Positions 1 through 9,868 of a stretch of DNA of 64,000 nucleotides are shown here, one piece after another. The DNA is taken from the NCBI GenBank assembly GCA_964487045.1, contig CAZAOT010000002.1, forward strand, positions 53,305 to 117,304. Reading direction: 5' to 3'. How positions within the stretch are numbered: position 1 is the stretch's first letter; every line of letters begins with the position of its first letter. The notes under the pieces were generated by a model. It worked only from the letters and a program-made list of their open reading frames with translations. It ran no database searches and was not told the origin of the DNA. A program made the position numbers and the translations under genes. The stretch is from an uncultured Candidatus Saccharibacteria bacterium (GTDB lineage Bacteria > Patescibacteriota > UBA1384 > DTJR01).

Positions 1-564
1 TTCGAATTCGGACAGGGCTATGTTGCTCTTTCCAGAGTAAGAAGGCTCTCTGGCATATATATAATCGGCTGGAACGATGTAGCGTTTCAGGTGGATCCTG
101 AGGTGTTAGAAATGGACAAAGAGTTTCGTCTAGAATCCGAGCAAGCACAAATCGGATATGATCGCTTCTCAGCTGAAGATATTGATAAGATGCAAAAAAG
201 TTTTATCAAATATTGCGGTGGAAGTTTGGAGGTTGTAGATTTTGCACCAATAATTCACGAAAAAATTTCCACTCTAGATCAAACACTTAAACTCTGGAAG
301 GAAGGCCATCCGATAAATGAAATTGCCAAAAAGCGAGAAATTTCGGAAAAGACAGTGCTCGAACATATCGAGAAATTAGTCGAAACACATAAAATTCAAA
401 AAGAAGAATTATTTGGCGCCTTATCACCTGAGGCTCTCGAATCACTTAGTACTATCCACAAGGCCTTCCGATCCTTGAACACTACTAAACTTACTCCTAT
501 ATACGAAAAGCTCTCTGGCAAATTTTCCTACGACGACCTGAAAATCGCCCGAATGATGATGTGA
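1..564 (+). CDS. PIF1-like helicase C-terminus with HTH domain (5'-truncated by window)
   Basis: Frame 1 is open from base 1 and reads FEFGQGYVALSRVR (PIF1/RecD motif VI). C-terminal helix-turn-helix-like segment INEIAKKREISEKTVLEHIEKL. Confidence 0.75.
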   Translation, partial: FEFGQGYVALSRVRRLSGIYIIGWNDVAFQVDPEVLEMDKEFRLESEQAQIGYDRFSAEDIDKMQKSFIKYCGGSLEVVDFAPIIHEKISTLDQTLKLWKEGHPINEIAKKREISEKTVLEHIEKLVETHKIQKEELFGALSPEALESLSTIHKAFRSLNTTKLTPIYEKLSGKFSYDDLKIARMMM

Positions 565-615
565 GATTTTCTATCGAGTATCGACAGCAAAATCAATATT
601 TAGTAGTTAGTAGCC

Positions 616-843
616 AGGCGAAAAGTGCGAGCACTTAAGCCTATTAATAATAGATAGCTCTCTGAAGTTGAAAGCTGGAACTGATTATCTTGGCAAACTT
701 GCCCAAGAATGAATTCCAGAAGGTTCAACAATGAGAGCTTCACCAAGGGCGTTGCGGGGGTAAGGAAATCGTTAAAAACCTAGGGGACACACCGAAAGTG
801 TCCTCTGGGTTGTTAACATCTATGCGAGCTTATAGCTCGCCAA
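616..843 (+). repeat. Structured non-coding repeat family A, copy 1
   Basis: Near-identical to 20485-20712; nested inverted repeats. Confidence 0.9.
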
Positions 844-937
844 TAGATATTCAAATCTATACTTTGTGTTAGGTTTGTGCTATTGTAATTACGCCCTTTG
901 GCGCCAAAACGCCTTTTTTATTTTAAAAGGATTATGC

Positions 938-2389
938 ATGCAAGAAGAAGTATTTTTACGATTCAATGAAGTTAGCTTCGAATATCAACCTAATAAGCCC
1001 ATATTGGATGAGGCCTCATTCTCAGTGAGAAAGAATTCAAAGATTACTCTTATGGGTCAGAACGGAGCAGGTAAGAGTTCAATCTTCTCGCTTATCACCG
1101 GAGAGCTAAAGCCAAAGTCCGGACTAATTTCTATTAATGAGCAGGCGAGTATTGCAATTGGACGACAAGTCATGGCCAGAGAAGATCTACCTCTCACGAT
1201 CAAAGCATATTTTTCAAAAGCATTTAAGGATGTACCTTTTGAAATTGATAAGAGAATTGAGAAAGTCCTGGATGTCGTCAATTTAAAAATATCATCTGAT
1301 AAAATCGTCGGTGAGCTTTCTGGAGGACAGCAAGCTAGACTGCTTCTTGCTTTTGCCTTAATTCAAGAACCAGATATTTTACTTCTTGACGAGCCAACCA
1401 ACAATCTCGATCAGGCCGGTATAGATCATCTAATTACTTTCTTAGTCATGTATGAAAAAACAGTGATTGTAATTTCTCATGATGCAGACTTTCTAAATTG
1501 CTTTACTGAGGGAGTTGTTTATCTCGATAATTTCACTAAGAAGACCGAACAATACGTAGGTGACTATGAATCGGTAGTCAAGGAAATTTCAGAAAGAATC
1601 GAACGCGAAAGACGAAAAAACGCTCAGCTTAAAAAATCTATAATCGATCGCAAAGAGAAGGTTAACTTCTTTGCCCATAAGGGTGGAAAGATGAGAAGAC
1701 TTGCGCGCAAGCTCAAGGAAGAAACAGCTGACCTAGAAGAGAATATGGTATCGGTCAGAAAAGAAGATCGTGCAATTAGAGACTTTGAAATTCCCGCTCA
1801 AGAAATAGTTGGAAAAATTGTCGAAATTAGCGCAGTGAATAAAATCGAAAATCATGAACCAATAGTAAAAGAAGTTAATTTTACATTAAGACAGGGAATG
1901 CACTTACTAGTAACTGGACCAAATGGAATCGGAAAAAGTACACTACTTAGATCTCTTGCTAGTGGCAGAAATCCAAACGCCAAAATTATGGACGGAGTGA
2001 AGGTTGGCTACTACAGCCAAGATTTTTCGAATTTAAATTTTGACCAGACCGTAATGGAATCACTAGAAGAAATTAAGACTGATGGGATCGATGAGCAGAT
2101 GATGCGATCGATTGCAGCCGGTTTTCATGTGACAGGGGACTTGATGAGTCGAAAAATCTCAGAGCTTTCTGAAGGACAGAAAGGACTATTGTCATTTGCC
2201 AGACTAGTTTTGATGGAGCCGGGACTTTTAATCCTCGATGAGCCAACCAACCACATTAATTTTCGCCATCTACCTGTTATTGCCGAAGCGGTTAATGAAT
2301 ATGAAGGGGCGATGATTGTCGTTAGCCATATGAAAGAGTTTTTAGAGCAGATTAAATTTGATGAAGAATTGGATATTGGGAGAATATAA
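938..2389 (+). CDS. ABC-F family ATPase
   Basis: Two ABC domains (GQNGAGKS/LSGGQ/LLLDEPTNNLD and GPNGIGKS/LSEGQ/LILDEPTNH), no TM segments. Likely start ATG 938. Confidence 0.9.
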   Translation: MQEEVFLRFNEVSFEYQPNKPILDEASFSVRKNSKITLMGQNGAGKSSIFSLITGELKPKSGLISINEQASIAIGRQVMAREDLPLTIKAYFSKAFKDVPFEIDKRIEKVLDVVNLKISSDKIVGELSGGQQARLLLAFALIQEPDILLLDEPTNNLDQAGIDHLITFLVMYEKTVIVISHDADFLNCFTEGVVYLDNFTKKTEQYVGDYESVVKEISERIERERRKNAQLKKSIIDRKEKVNFFAHKGGKMRRLARKLKEETADLEENMVSVRKEDRAIRDFEIPAQEIVGKIVEISAVNKIENHEPIVKEVNFTLRQGMHLLVTGPNGIGKSTLLRSLASGRNPNAKIMDGVKVGYYSQDFSNLNFDQTVMESLEEIKTDGIDEQMMRSIAAGFHVTGDLMSRKISELSEGQKGLLSFARLVLMEPGLLILDEPTNHINFRHLPVIAEAVNEYEGAMIVVSHMKEFLEQIKFDEELDIGRI

Positions 2390-2827
2390 CTAGATCTGGG
2401 TAACTTTTATATTATTCACAGACAGAAGGGCTGCAAAAACACCGTAACCATTTATCTTATTACCCGTGAATGTACCGTCATAAATGCTACCAGCGCCGCA
2501 AGATGGACTACCTGATTTCAAAACAACTTCTTCAGCGCCAAATTCCTTTACTATTTCAAGAGCTTTTTCAGCACCGGCTAGATATTCCTTAGTTACATCT
2601 TTACCATTTGAATCTATTATCTTTGCTTTGCCATTTATCACATCAAATCCATCTCCTCCCACTATTTCACATGCTGGTCTTGGTACGCCTAAATTTGCTA
2701 GTAGCTCAGGACACAACAGGATTGCCTCGCTACCTTCAAATGACTTTCTGGCTTCTTCCGAAAGCTTGCCTTTACCGTCATACCTGCAATTTACTCCTAA
2801 TAAACATGCGCTTATAACTTTTTTCAT
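2390..2827 (-). CDS. DUF523 / 2-thiouracil desulfurase (TudS)-family protein
   Basis: SACLLGVNCRYDG, CPE, GVPRP and LKSGSPSCG motifs. Confidence 0.85.
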   Translation of the reverse strand: MKKVISACLLGVNCRYDGKGKLSEEARKSFEGSEAILLCPELLANLGVPRPACEIVGGDGFDVINGKAKIIDSNGKDVTKEYLAGAEKALEIVKEFGAEEVVLKSGSPSCGAGSIYDGTFTGNKINGYGVFAALLSVNNIKVTQI

Positions 2828-2856
2828 ACTTGTATTTTAGTTTAATTTCAAAAATG

Positions 2857-3032
2857 AACAAGGGCCCTCGTTTCCGAGGGCCCCGTTTGGCTGAGCGATT
2901 ACGACCGCGCATTACTGCTTGGTCGCGGCCGCCAGAGAAAAGCAATATTCCCCGGCCGTCAAAGTTGTGGTTCGTTGCGACGTCAATTCGCTCACGAACA
3001 AGTTCCACCGCCCTGTCTGCCAAATCGCGCAT
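2857..3032 (-). pseudogene. GC-rich small ORF remnant with own RBS and terminator hairpin
   Basis: AAAGGAG precedes ATG 3032. The frame runs through a GC hairpin at ~2860-2888, while an out-of-frame TAA lies just before the hairpin. Confidence 0.35.
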
Positions 3033-3328
3033 GATGGCTCCTTTCGCTCCTCAATCGATGATGTAACAGCTGATTGTCAATGATCAATCAAGACAATTTA
3101 GCACTATAGTAAATCGCAGTCAATACTTAAATAGAAATATTTGAGAGCACTAATCATTCAGGACCTTGCCTCTCGGTATACGACGATGCTCGCTCCTGTT
3201 GAATTATTGAAATTATACAACATTCTTATAAATTATCAACACTAAAACCTGAGGTTTTTTCTCAGCTTGCATATAATAGTAATTGTCATTATGATTTAAC
3301 TGCCGCTAAAATATTTAAAGGAAAAATT

Positions 3329-3763
3329 ATGAAAAAAGTTGTTGAGAAAATTGCGAAGGAATTAGAAGGAAAAGTTAGCGAGAAGAAAGGAATTATCAGT
3401 GTTGAGGCAACCATCGCTGAGAGAAAAGCATTTCTATCAAAAAAGAAATTGACCTATTCATTCCAAGCAAAGATAAACGATGAAGATAAGTCGGTATTGT
3501 TTTCTGAAATGCTTAAGGAAGCCGGTTCTGGATTTAGCTCTGGTGGGGGATTTGATGGCGAAATGTCGACTGGGTTTGGATTCAAAAAAGAATCATACAA
3601 TACGATGAGTGGATCAAGAGAAGGCTCAATCGAAGAAAGCTCAAAACTTTTCGGCAAAGATTATCAGTATAAATTCGACTATTCCAAAGTACGAAAAGAA
3701 ATAGAATCAGCCGCAAAAGAAAAGGGATATAAGTTCGAGTATCAGATTCTCCCAATTAGATAA
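3329..3763 (+). CDS. Hypothetical protein
   Basis: 144-aa ORF with RBS (AAGGA), followed by a terminator. Confidence 0.75.
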   Translation: MKKVVEKIAKELEGKVSEKKGIISVEATIAERKAFLSKKKLTYSFQAKINDEDKSVLFSEMLKEAGSGFSSGGGFDGEMSTGFGFKKESYNTMSGSREGSIEESSKLFGKDYQYKFDYSKVRKEIESAAKEKGYKFEYQILPIR

Positions 3764-3765
3764 TT

Positions 3766-3806
3766 AAAAAAATCCCTCGCTGATAATTATGACGAGGGAT
3801 TTTTTT
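3766..3806. terminator. Bidirectional intrinsic terminator
   Basis: AAAAAATCCCTCG...CGAGGGATTTTTT between convergent genes. Confidence 0.8.
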
Positions 3807-3813
3807 GTTTTGA

Positions 3814-4698
3814 TTATTCGCTTATCTTGAGATCTATTGTTTTGACTATTTTTCCTTCTTTTTCAGCGCGATCATGATTGATCGAGTAGCTTTTAGTTCC
3901 GTTGTCCATATCTTCGCTTTCCATAAAGGGGAGCCCATCTACTACTTCGAACACATTGTCGGTAAATATCTGCTGATATCTCCCCTCAGAAAAATTTGTA
4001 TCTATTGTGTAATGCCAGTAGAAATTGCTTGTTGGTCCATCTGGCGTGCCTTGCGGTCGATAGAAGGTAGCTAGAGCTTGCGATTCGGTATAAGGCGCAG
4101 GTAGTGAGCCAGCGTTGGCATAGACTGGGCTCAAGGCTCCGTAATCATTGTATCCTCGCGAAGTATCTGATGGCTTATGCATTCTAATTATGTAGTTATA
4201 TAGAGGACTACCATAGAAGCTTGTATCAGGGTTTTGCGCCAGATCGGACGAAAATGTCGCCACATAGTAGGCCTTCAGCCTGCAGTTTGTAGCATCTATT
4301 TTAATTGCTACCTGCCCAACAAGACCTTCTCCGGAAATTTTTAATAGCTTATTATCGTACTTAGCGATATATGGCTTACACTCTTCGACAGTTAGTTTTT
4401 TACCTTGTGACGAGCCAGATGATTTTCCGCTAGAAGCTCCTCCTACAAACATAAATATAATAGTAATTAAAATTAATACACTGAAGCTTATCCACATAAT
4501 AATCTGAGTGATCTTGAATAGTACTATTATTTTTGCAAAAAATATCAAATAGAAAACGATCCAAATAATTAGCAAAATCCAGAACCACAGTGTGAAACCG
4601 ATAAAAATTAATAGCATAATCAAGCTTATTAGCGCCAAGGCTAGCATTATAAGCATCGCGAACTTACTATCTTTCTTTACTCTTTCAATAAAATTCAT
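3814..4698 (-). CDS. Membrane protein (about 3 N-terminal TM helices) with extracellular domain
   Basis: Hydrophobic N-terminus, Ser/Gly linker, soluble C-terminal domain. Confidence 0.75.
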   Translation of the reverse strand: MNFIERVKKDSKFAMLIMLALALISLIMLLIFIGFTLWFWILLIIWIVFYLIFFAKIIVLFKITQIIMWISFSVLILITIIFMFVGGASSGKSSGSSQGKKLTVEECKPYIAKYDNKLLKISGEGLVGQVAIKIDATNCRLKAYYVATFSSDLAQNPDTSFYGSPLYNYIIRMHKPSDTSRGYNDYGALSPVYANAGSLPAPYTESQALATFYRPQGTPDGPTSNFYWHYTIDTNFSEGRYQQIFTDNVFEVVDGLPFMESEDMDNGTKSYSINHDRAEKEGKIVKTIDLKISE

Positions 4699-4703
4699 AT
4701 CTC

Positions 4704-4826
4704 TCCCACTCCGTGAATTTCGCTCCTCGACGGAAGAAATTCCGGAAGTCCCGTATCAAGTCCCGATGCGTAACGCGGATGAATAATCCGACGTGAAGCT
4801 TTCGAGAGTTGAGACTGGGATAATTA
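4704..4826 (-). promoter_or_regulatory. Structured 5' leader element family B, copy 1
   Basis: Shares TCCCAGTC, ACGGGACTTCCGGAATT and AATTCACGGAG blocks with the nusA leader (25792-25936). Confidence 0.7.
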
Positions 4827-4914
4827 TTTAATTACATAAAATATCTCAAATTTTAACATTATTTCAATGTTTTAATGGTTGAACAAAGATCATATCTAGC
4901 GTAATATTTCTATC

Positions 4915-5478
4915 ATGAGAAAAACTTATCTTAATAAAAAGATTCTATATTACACTGCAGGAATTATATTGATAGTAATCATTACTTATTTAACGCCGGA
5001 CAGTGCACTCAAAGTACTGCTTCAATCAAATTTTACCTACAAGAATGATCGCTATGAGAATAAAAATTTTGAGCTAATAATCGATAAGTTAAACATCAAA
5101 TCACCTGTGATTTTAGATGTTGACCCGGTGAACAAGGACGTTTATAACCAAGAGCTTACTAAAGGAGTCGCCCATATGAAAGGAACTGCGATGCCGGGTG
5201 ATAAGGGGAATGTATTTATCTATGGACATTCTTCGTCAGATATTAAAAGCCCTTATGATAAAATATTCTCTAACTTAAACAATTTAAACAACGACGATAA
5301 AATTATAATTAACTATAAAAATAGTGTATATACGTATCGAGTTATTGAAAAAAAAATCGTTGAGAAAACAGACCTAAGTGTTATTGAGCAAAAAAATAAT
5401 TCACTTTTGACTTTGATGACTTGCTGGCCACTGGGGACAACCGAGAAACGCTTGATAATAATTGCTGAACAAAGCTAG
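4915..5478 (+). CDS. Sortase
   Basis: N-terminal TM anchor, GNVFIYGHSS, and LTLMTCWP...KR catalytic His/Cys/Arg. Confidence 0.9.
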   Translation: MRKTYLNKKILYYTAGIILIVIITYLTPDSALKVLLQSNFTYKNDRYENKNFELIIDKLNIKSPVILDVDPVNKDVYNQELTKGVAHMKGTAMPGDKGNVFIYGHSSSDIKSPYDKIFSNLNNLNNDDKIIINYKNSVYTYRVIEKKIVEKTDLSVIEQKNNSLLTLMTCWPLGTTEKRLIIIAEQS

Positions 5479-5616
5479 AAAAGAGTTGGGGAAACCCGCT
5501 TATTTTTGATAATTATGACTTGAAATTAGTAGCATAAGCTTATGTTTATTTTAATCTAGATATATCTGTAATAACAATTAAAAATTGATTGAAAGTAAAA
5601 ATATTTAGGGGAGAAA

Positions 5617-5970
5617 ATGAAACTAAACGATATCTACAAATGTGAGGTGTGCGGCAATGTGGTTGAACTGACATTCGTCGGTGGCGGGGAATTAGTTTGC
5701 TGCGGCAAACCAATGATTCAACAAGCGCCAAAGTCTGAGGATCAAGGCACCGAAAAGCATAAACCTGTCATAAATGACGAGGATGTTGAAGTGGGATCCG
5801 TTCCTCATCCCATGGAAGAAGAGCATTTTATTACCTGGATTGAATCAGTCGATGGAGAGGATGTGTATCGAGTGAACCTGAAACCAGGCGATGATCCAAA
5901 AGCCAAATTCGGCTCTGCGGTCAAAGAAGCTCGAGCTTACTGCAACGTCCACGGTCTCTGGAAGAGTTGA
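5617..5970 (+). CDS. Desulfoferrodoxin / superoxide reductase
   Basis: CEVCGN...CCG, EKHKP, HPMEEEHFI and CNVHG motifs. Confidence 0.92.
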   Translation: MKLNDIYKCEVCGNVVELTFVGGGELVCCGKPMIQQAPKSEDQGTEKHKPVINDEDVEVGSVPHPMEEEHFITWIESVDGEDVYRVNLKPGDDPKAKFGSAVKEARAYCNVHGLWKS

Positions 5971-5993
5971 ATCAAGTTCAGCTAGAGCTGATT

Positions 5994-6584
5994 TTACTTT
6001 ACGAGATCATCTATATATTTTTTTATAAATCTTCTAGCTGGAGAAGTAAGTTTGTATTTAAGTGCTGCTTCCAATTCCACCCATTCGAAGCAAGATGATT
6101 CATCATTTATTGTTATTTTATCCAATTCTTTTACATGGAATTCATAAATATGCCATTTGTGGTGGTCGGCACCCCGACGACATGGATCATCGTCAAGATC
6201 GTATTCCATGATATTCTTCATCTTTTCGGGCCTTATGCCGACTTCCTCCAACACTTCTCTTGTTGCCGAATCTTCAGGCATTTCACTTGAGTTCACGTGA
6301 CCAGCAGGTATGGAATAGCCAAAGGGAAATTTGCTTAATTTTATTAAAAGAAGTTGGTTATTATCATTGAATATAAATGCTCCTACACTTTCATGCCAAT
6401 AATTATTTTCTTTGTCAAACCAATACTTAATTTTTTTATCAATTATTATTGAACGCTCAGATTTTGCTTTACAGCCAGAGCAGAAAAAATTACCATCTTT
6501 CTGTTTTTGAATATTATTACTGTAGCACTTAGGGCAAAACTCTCCCTTATCAACTCGTTGAATACTTTTATTAGTTATTTTCAT
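5994..6584 (-). CDS. NUDIX hydrolase with N-terminal Zn ribbon
   Basis: CPKC...CSGC, then Nudix box PAGHVNSSEMPEDSATREVLEEVG. Confidence 0.85.
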   Translation of the reverse strand: MKITNKSIQRVDKGEFCPKCYSNNIQKQKDGNFFCSGCKAKSERSIIIDKKIKYWFDKENNYWHESVGAFIFNDNNQLLLIKLSKFPFGYSIPAGHVNSSEMPEDSATREVLEEVGIRPEKMKNIMEYDLDDDPCRRGADHHKWHIYEFHVKELDKITINDESSCFEWVELEAALKYKLTSPARRFIKKYIDDLVK

Positions 6585-6698
6585 AATTTACCCTATATTT
6601 TGATAAAAATATCATAGAATACTCACGATATCTAGTTTCTCCTCTTCAGCTATTTACAAAATAATAATTAAGTCTATAATCTTGAAAAACCCACAGAA

Positions 6699-7712
6699 AT
6701 GTTTGACTTCAAAGTAAAACAAATAAATTCAGACTTTCTAGTAACGGAAGTCCCACTACTGCCGGAAGTTAAGAGCCCTCAAAAAAGCAATTACACATAC
6801 GTCTGGTTAAGTAAAAGTAACTATACAACCTTTCGATCTTTAGAGTTAATATCAAAAAAATTCAATATATCGTTAGCAGATGTTAATGCACAAGGCTTAA
6901 AAGACGAAGATGCAATTACATCTCAAATTATCTCACTTAAGAAAATATTAACACCTAGCCAGGTTAATGCATTTAATCTAGAATCTCGTAAATCCTCAAA
7001 GACTTATATGAAAATTGATAGGATTATTGGTTATGGTAAATATCCTGTTCAAGAAAGAAATCTTCATGGCAATTGCTTCGAAGTCACGATTCGAAATCTC
7101 GAATTGAGTAGAGCTGAAAAGTTGGAAGAATTATTAAGAAACCATAGAACACTATCGTTTATCAACTATTACGATAGCCAAAGATTTGGAATGCCAGGCG
7201 GTCCTTACAATACTCACCTAATAGGCAGATCTATAATTGATAATAATTTAGATAAGCTCAAAAAAGAGCTTTTAAAGTCAAATAATAATATTAATGTTAA
7301 TACTATTAAAACCTGGGATAATTTTTACGAACAAGTAGACAGTAGAAAGATTTCATTCTTTATAAATTCATACAATAGCGCACTGTTCAATACTGAATTA
7401 TCGAGCCAGGTCCGCTTCAATAACAAAAGCCAAAGAGTTGAATTTAACAATCTACCAAAATTGTATCTTCCCAAAACACCTCACTATCTAATTGCAAACA
7501 ACATTATTATCGATGGTTATTCCATAAAGGATCGATCTGTCATAAAAAAGACTAAGACGAGACTCTCTTCAGTTCAAACCGCAATATATTCAAAAAAAAT
7601 ACAAAAAGACAGAATTAATTTAGGTAAATACTCACTAACAGTTTCATTCTATCTGCCAACGGGAAGCTACGGAACAATGCTTATAAGCCAGCTGGTCTAT
7701 TGGTCGAGATAA
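6699..7712 (+). CDS. TruD-family pseudouridine synthase-like protein
   Basis: DFLVTE, GLKDEDAITSQ (catalytic Asp), GNCFEVTIR, NYYDSQRFG and FYLPTGSYGT. Confidence 0.8.
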   Translation: MFDFKVKQINSDFLVTEVPLLPEVKSPQKSNYTYVWLSKSNYTTFRSLELISKKFNISLADVNAQGLKDEDAITSQIISLKKILTPSQVNAFNLESRKSSKTYMKIDRIIGYGKYPVQERNLHGNCFEVTIRNLELSRAEKLEELLRNHRTLSFINYYDSQRFGMPGGPYNTHLIGRSIIDNNLDKLKKELLKSNNNINVNTIKTWDNFYEQVDSRKISFFINSYNSALFNTELSSQVRFNNKSQRVEFNNLPKLYLPKTPHYLIANNIIIDGYSIKDRSVIKKTKTRLSSVQTAIYSKKIQKDRINLGKYSLTVSFYLPTGSYGTMLISQLVYWSR

Positions 7713-7756
7713 AAAAGAAGAGGCGGGCTGCAAACAGCCCGCCCCAGTGCGATCAC

Positions 7757-8029
7757 CTAGTCGCCGCAGTACCCCTTCTTCGTAACACGGTTACCGATGA
7801 TCTTGTTGGCATCGCGCCCGCGGATTTTAACCCGCCTGGCAAACTCTGTGCCACACTTTGGACAATTCAACTTGCCACCAGTGTTGTCTTCAGTGATTCC
7901 ACTCACGTAGCACTTCACTAGATGACCCGGCCCCTCCTTGTTGTACTTGTAAAGAAGGAACTGGCACTTTGAGCAGTAGACTTCAATTGGATATATGCCC
8001 TTTCCCCCTTTTTGTTTCCTTTTTGGCAT
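7757..8029 (-). CDS. Small Zn-ribbon protein
   Basis: CSKC and CPKC pairs; last gene of a GC-richer operon, followed by hairpin 7721-7743. Confidence 0.7.
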   Translation of the reverse strand: MPKRKQKGGKGIYPIEVYCSKCQFLLYKYNKEGPGHLVKCYVSGITEDNTGGKLNCPKCGTEFARRVKIRGRDANKIIGNRVTKKGYCGD

Positions 8030-8037
8030 GAGACACC

Positions 8038-9168
8038 TCAGTATGATGTGGTTATAGCTTTATGCGGACAAGTCCCCACACATGCGTTGCATCCTACGCA
8101 TTTTGCTGAATCTATCGTCGGCTTAAGGTCAGCGAATGTCATCGCTGAGAACCCACACACGTGGACGCATTTTGCACACATCCTGCACTTGTCCAAGTTG
8201 ACTATAGGCGTAGTGGGGTTGAACCTGCTTTCACAGTCAGACCACCTTTGAGATACACCGATCAACGAACGTATGTCTGGATACTGTGAATTTGACTCAA
8301 GAAACCTTAGTATTTCACAAGAGATTCTCTTGAAGACTCCAGGACCCTCAAGGGCTGGCGCGGTATAAAGTTGTACAGCACTAGCGCCAGCCATGATCAT
8401 CTGGATAACACGTTCGCCCGTGTTGACTCCACCTGATCCTACCACTGGAATTGCTAGCGCACTAGAGAGTGTGTATACACACCACAGGGCAATCGGAAAG
8501 ACCGCGTCACCTGTCACGCCACCAGCACCGCCCTTAACCCCTAAGGTCGGCTTAGTGGTGTTGATATCTAGAAAGAGACCAGGACCGATTGAGTTGGTTG
8601 TCACGACACAATCGGCTCCCTCTCTCTCTGCCTCTAAAGCCATTTCCGTGATGAGAGGCGAGTATGATAGCTTCACCCAAACAGGAAGATCAATGGCGGA
8701 TCGAAGTGTCCCCACAGTCCGCCTCAGATGCTCATAGTTGATGTTCAGATTGCCATGCAATGCACCAGAGTGCGCGCATGAAACATTGACCTCGAAAGCA
8801 TCAACGTGACCTGTTCGCGCAAATTGACGAGCAAGCCGGACGCAGCCTTCGATGTCACGTGCGCTTAGAGAAACGATTAGCGCTCCATGTTTCTTAGCGG
8901 CAATAGTGTACTCGTTAAGCCAGGTCTGCCACGATGTCTGGTTGCTCCACTCGCAGTTCAGCATCGATCCATTGCCAAAGACGTGGTAACGCGGACTCGG
9001 TATATTCCTGCGTTCCTCAGGTACTGTCTCGCGCAAAGATCTCGTGACCATCCCGCTGCACCCCTCTGACACACTCCTTACAAAGAAATCCGGAGATTCA
9101 GTGATATGGCCCGAGGCCAAAAGCAGCGGAGTCGATAGCTCAACACTGCCGACACTTGCACTAATCAT
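8038..9168 (-). CDS. Dihydroorotate/dihydropyrimidine dehydrogenase-like flavoprotein with C-terminal 2x[4Fe-4S] domain
   Basis: PLLLASG, EVNVSCAH, PVWVKLS, TNS, GSGGV and GASAVQL; two CxxCxxCxxxC motifs at the C-terminus (PreA-like). Confidence 0.85.
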   Translation of the reverse strand: MISASVGSVELSTPLLLASGHITESPDFFVRSVSEGCSGMVTRSLRETVPEERRNIPSPRYHVFGNGSMLNCEWSNQTSWQTWLNEYTIAAKKHGALIVSLSARDIEGCVRLARQFARTGHVDAFEVNVSCAHSGALHGNLNINYEHLRRTVGTLRSAIDLPVWVKLSYSPLITEMALEAEREGADCVVTTNSIGPGLFLDINTTKPTLGVKGGAGGVTGDAVFPIALWCVYTLSSALAIPVVGSGGVNTGERVIQMIMAGASAVQLYTAPALEGPGVFKRISCEILRFLESNSQYPDIRSLIGVSQRWSDCESRFNPTTPIVNLDKCRMCAKCVHVCGFSAMTFADLKPTIDSAKCVGCNACVGTCPHKAITTSY

Positions 9169-9721
9169 CTTGCCCAGCTCCTTTCAGTACTTGCTCCATA
9201 CGTCTGAGCATCTCCACAGCTATCATGTTCTCATTTGCCTGACTTACTCGAAATACACACTCAAAAGTCTCTGTGTGGATCCGAGCAATTTCGTCTTCTG
9301 CAGCAGCCAGTCTCTCTCTGATCTCGTCCTCGGTTTCCGTTGCGCGATAGTCGCGCAGCCTTGTCTCGAGAAACTTGATGTCTTCAGGCAGTACAGCAAT
9401 ACGATATATCTCCCAGCTACACGAGGAAGCGCGCGATACGTTACTTACGTGCAACTCCGTCACGTATGACCCGCGCGGGTCGATCTCGCTAACCAACAGA
9501 CCATATCTACTACCGTATAGTTCGTGATCAAAGAGAATGCCACCGCTTTTAAGTATTCGTGCGAACGCTTCATCGTCCATGCAAACTCGGCCAGTTTCGC
9601 CGTCACGAGGGAGTCGAGTTGTGGCCCAACTCAACTCTTTCACATCGGGATAGGCCTCGATCAGTTTCCTTTTCAGGAAACCTTTACCAACCCCAGAAGG
9701 GCCAGTAAATGAGATAATCAT
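9161..9721 (-). CDS. Guanylate kinase-like nucleotide kinase
   Basis: GPSGVGKG P-loop, TTRLPRDGE and YGSRYG. Confidence 0.8.
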   Translation of the reverse strand: MIISFTGPSGVGKGFLKRKLIEAYPDVKELSWATTRLPRDGETGRVCMDDEAFARILKSGGILFDHELYGSRYGLLVSEIDPRGSYVTELHVSNVSRASSCSWEIYRIAVLPEDIKFLETRLRDYRATETEDEIRERLAAAEDEIARIHTETFECVFRVSQANENMIAVEMLRRMEQVLKGAGQDD

Positions 9722-9868
9722 TCAACTCACCCTTTCAAGGAGCTATATTCGTATACACGAATAAATAGTTATACTTCAGCATGGTTGAAAAGTCAATCAA
9801 ACAATTTACAATCCCTTATAAACTCCCCAGAAAATGATACGATTAGATTGTAAATTAATCGGATTATT

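Noticed and set aside
4710-4810. tRNA or tmRNA fragment
   Set aside because: No cloverleaf or T-loop consensus; better explained as leader family B.
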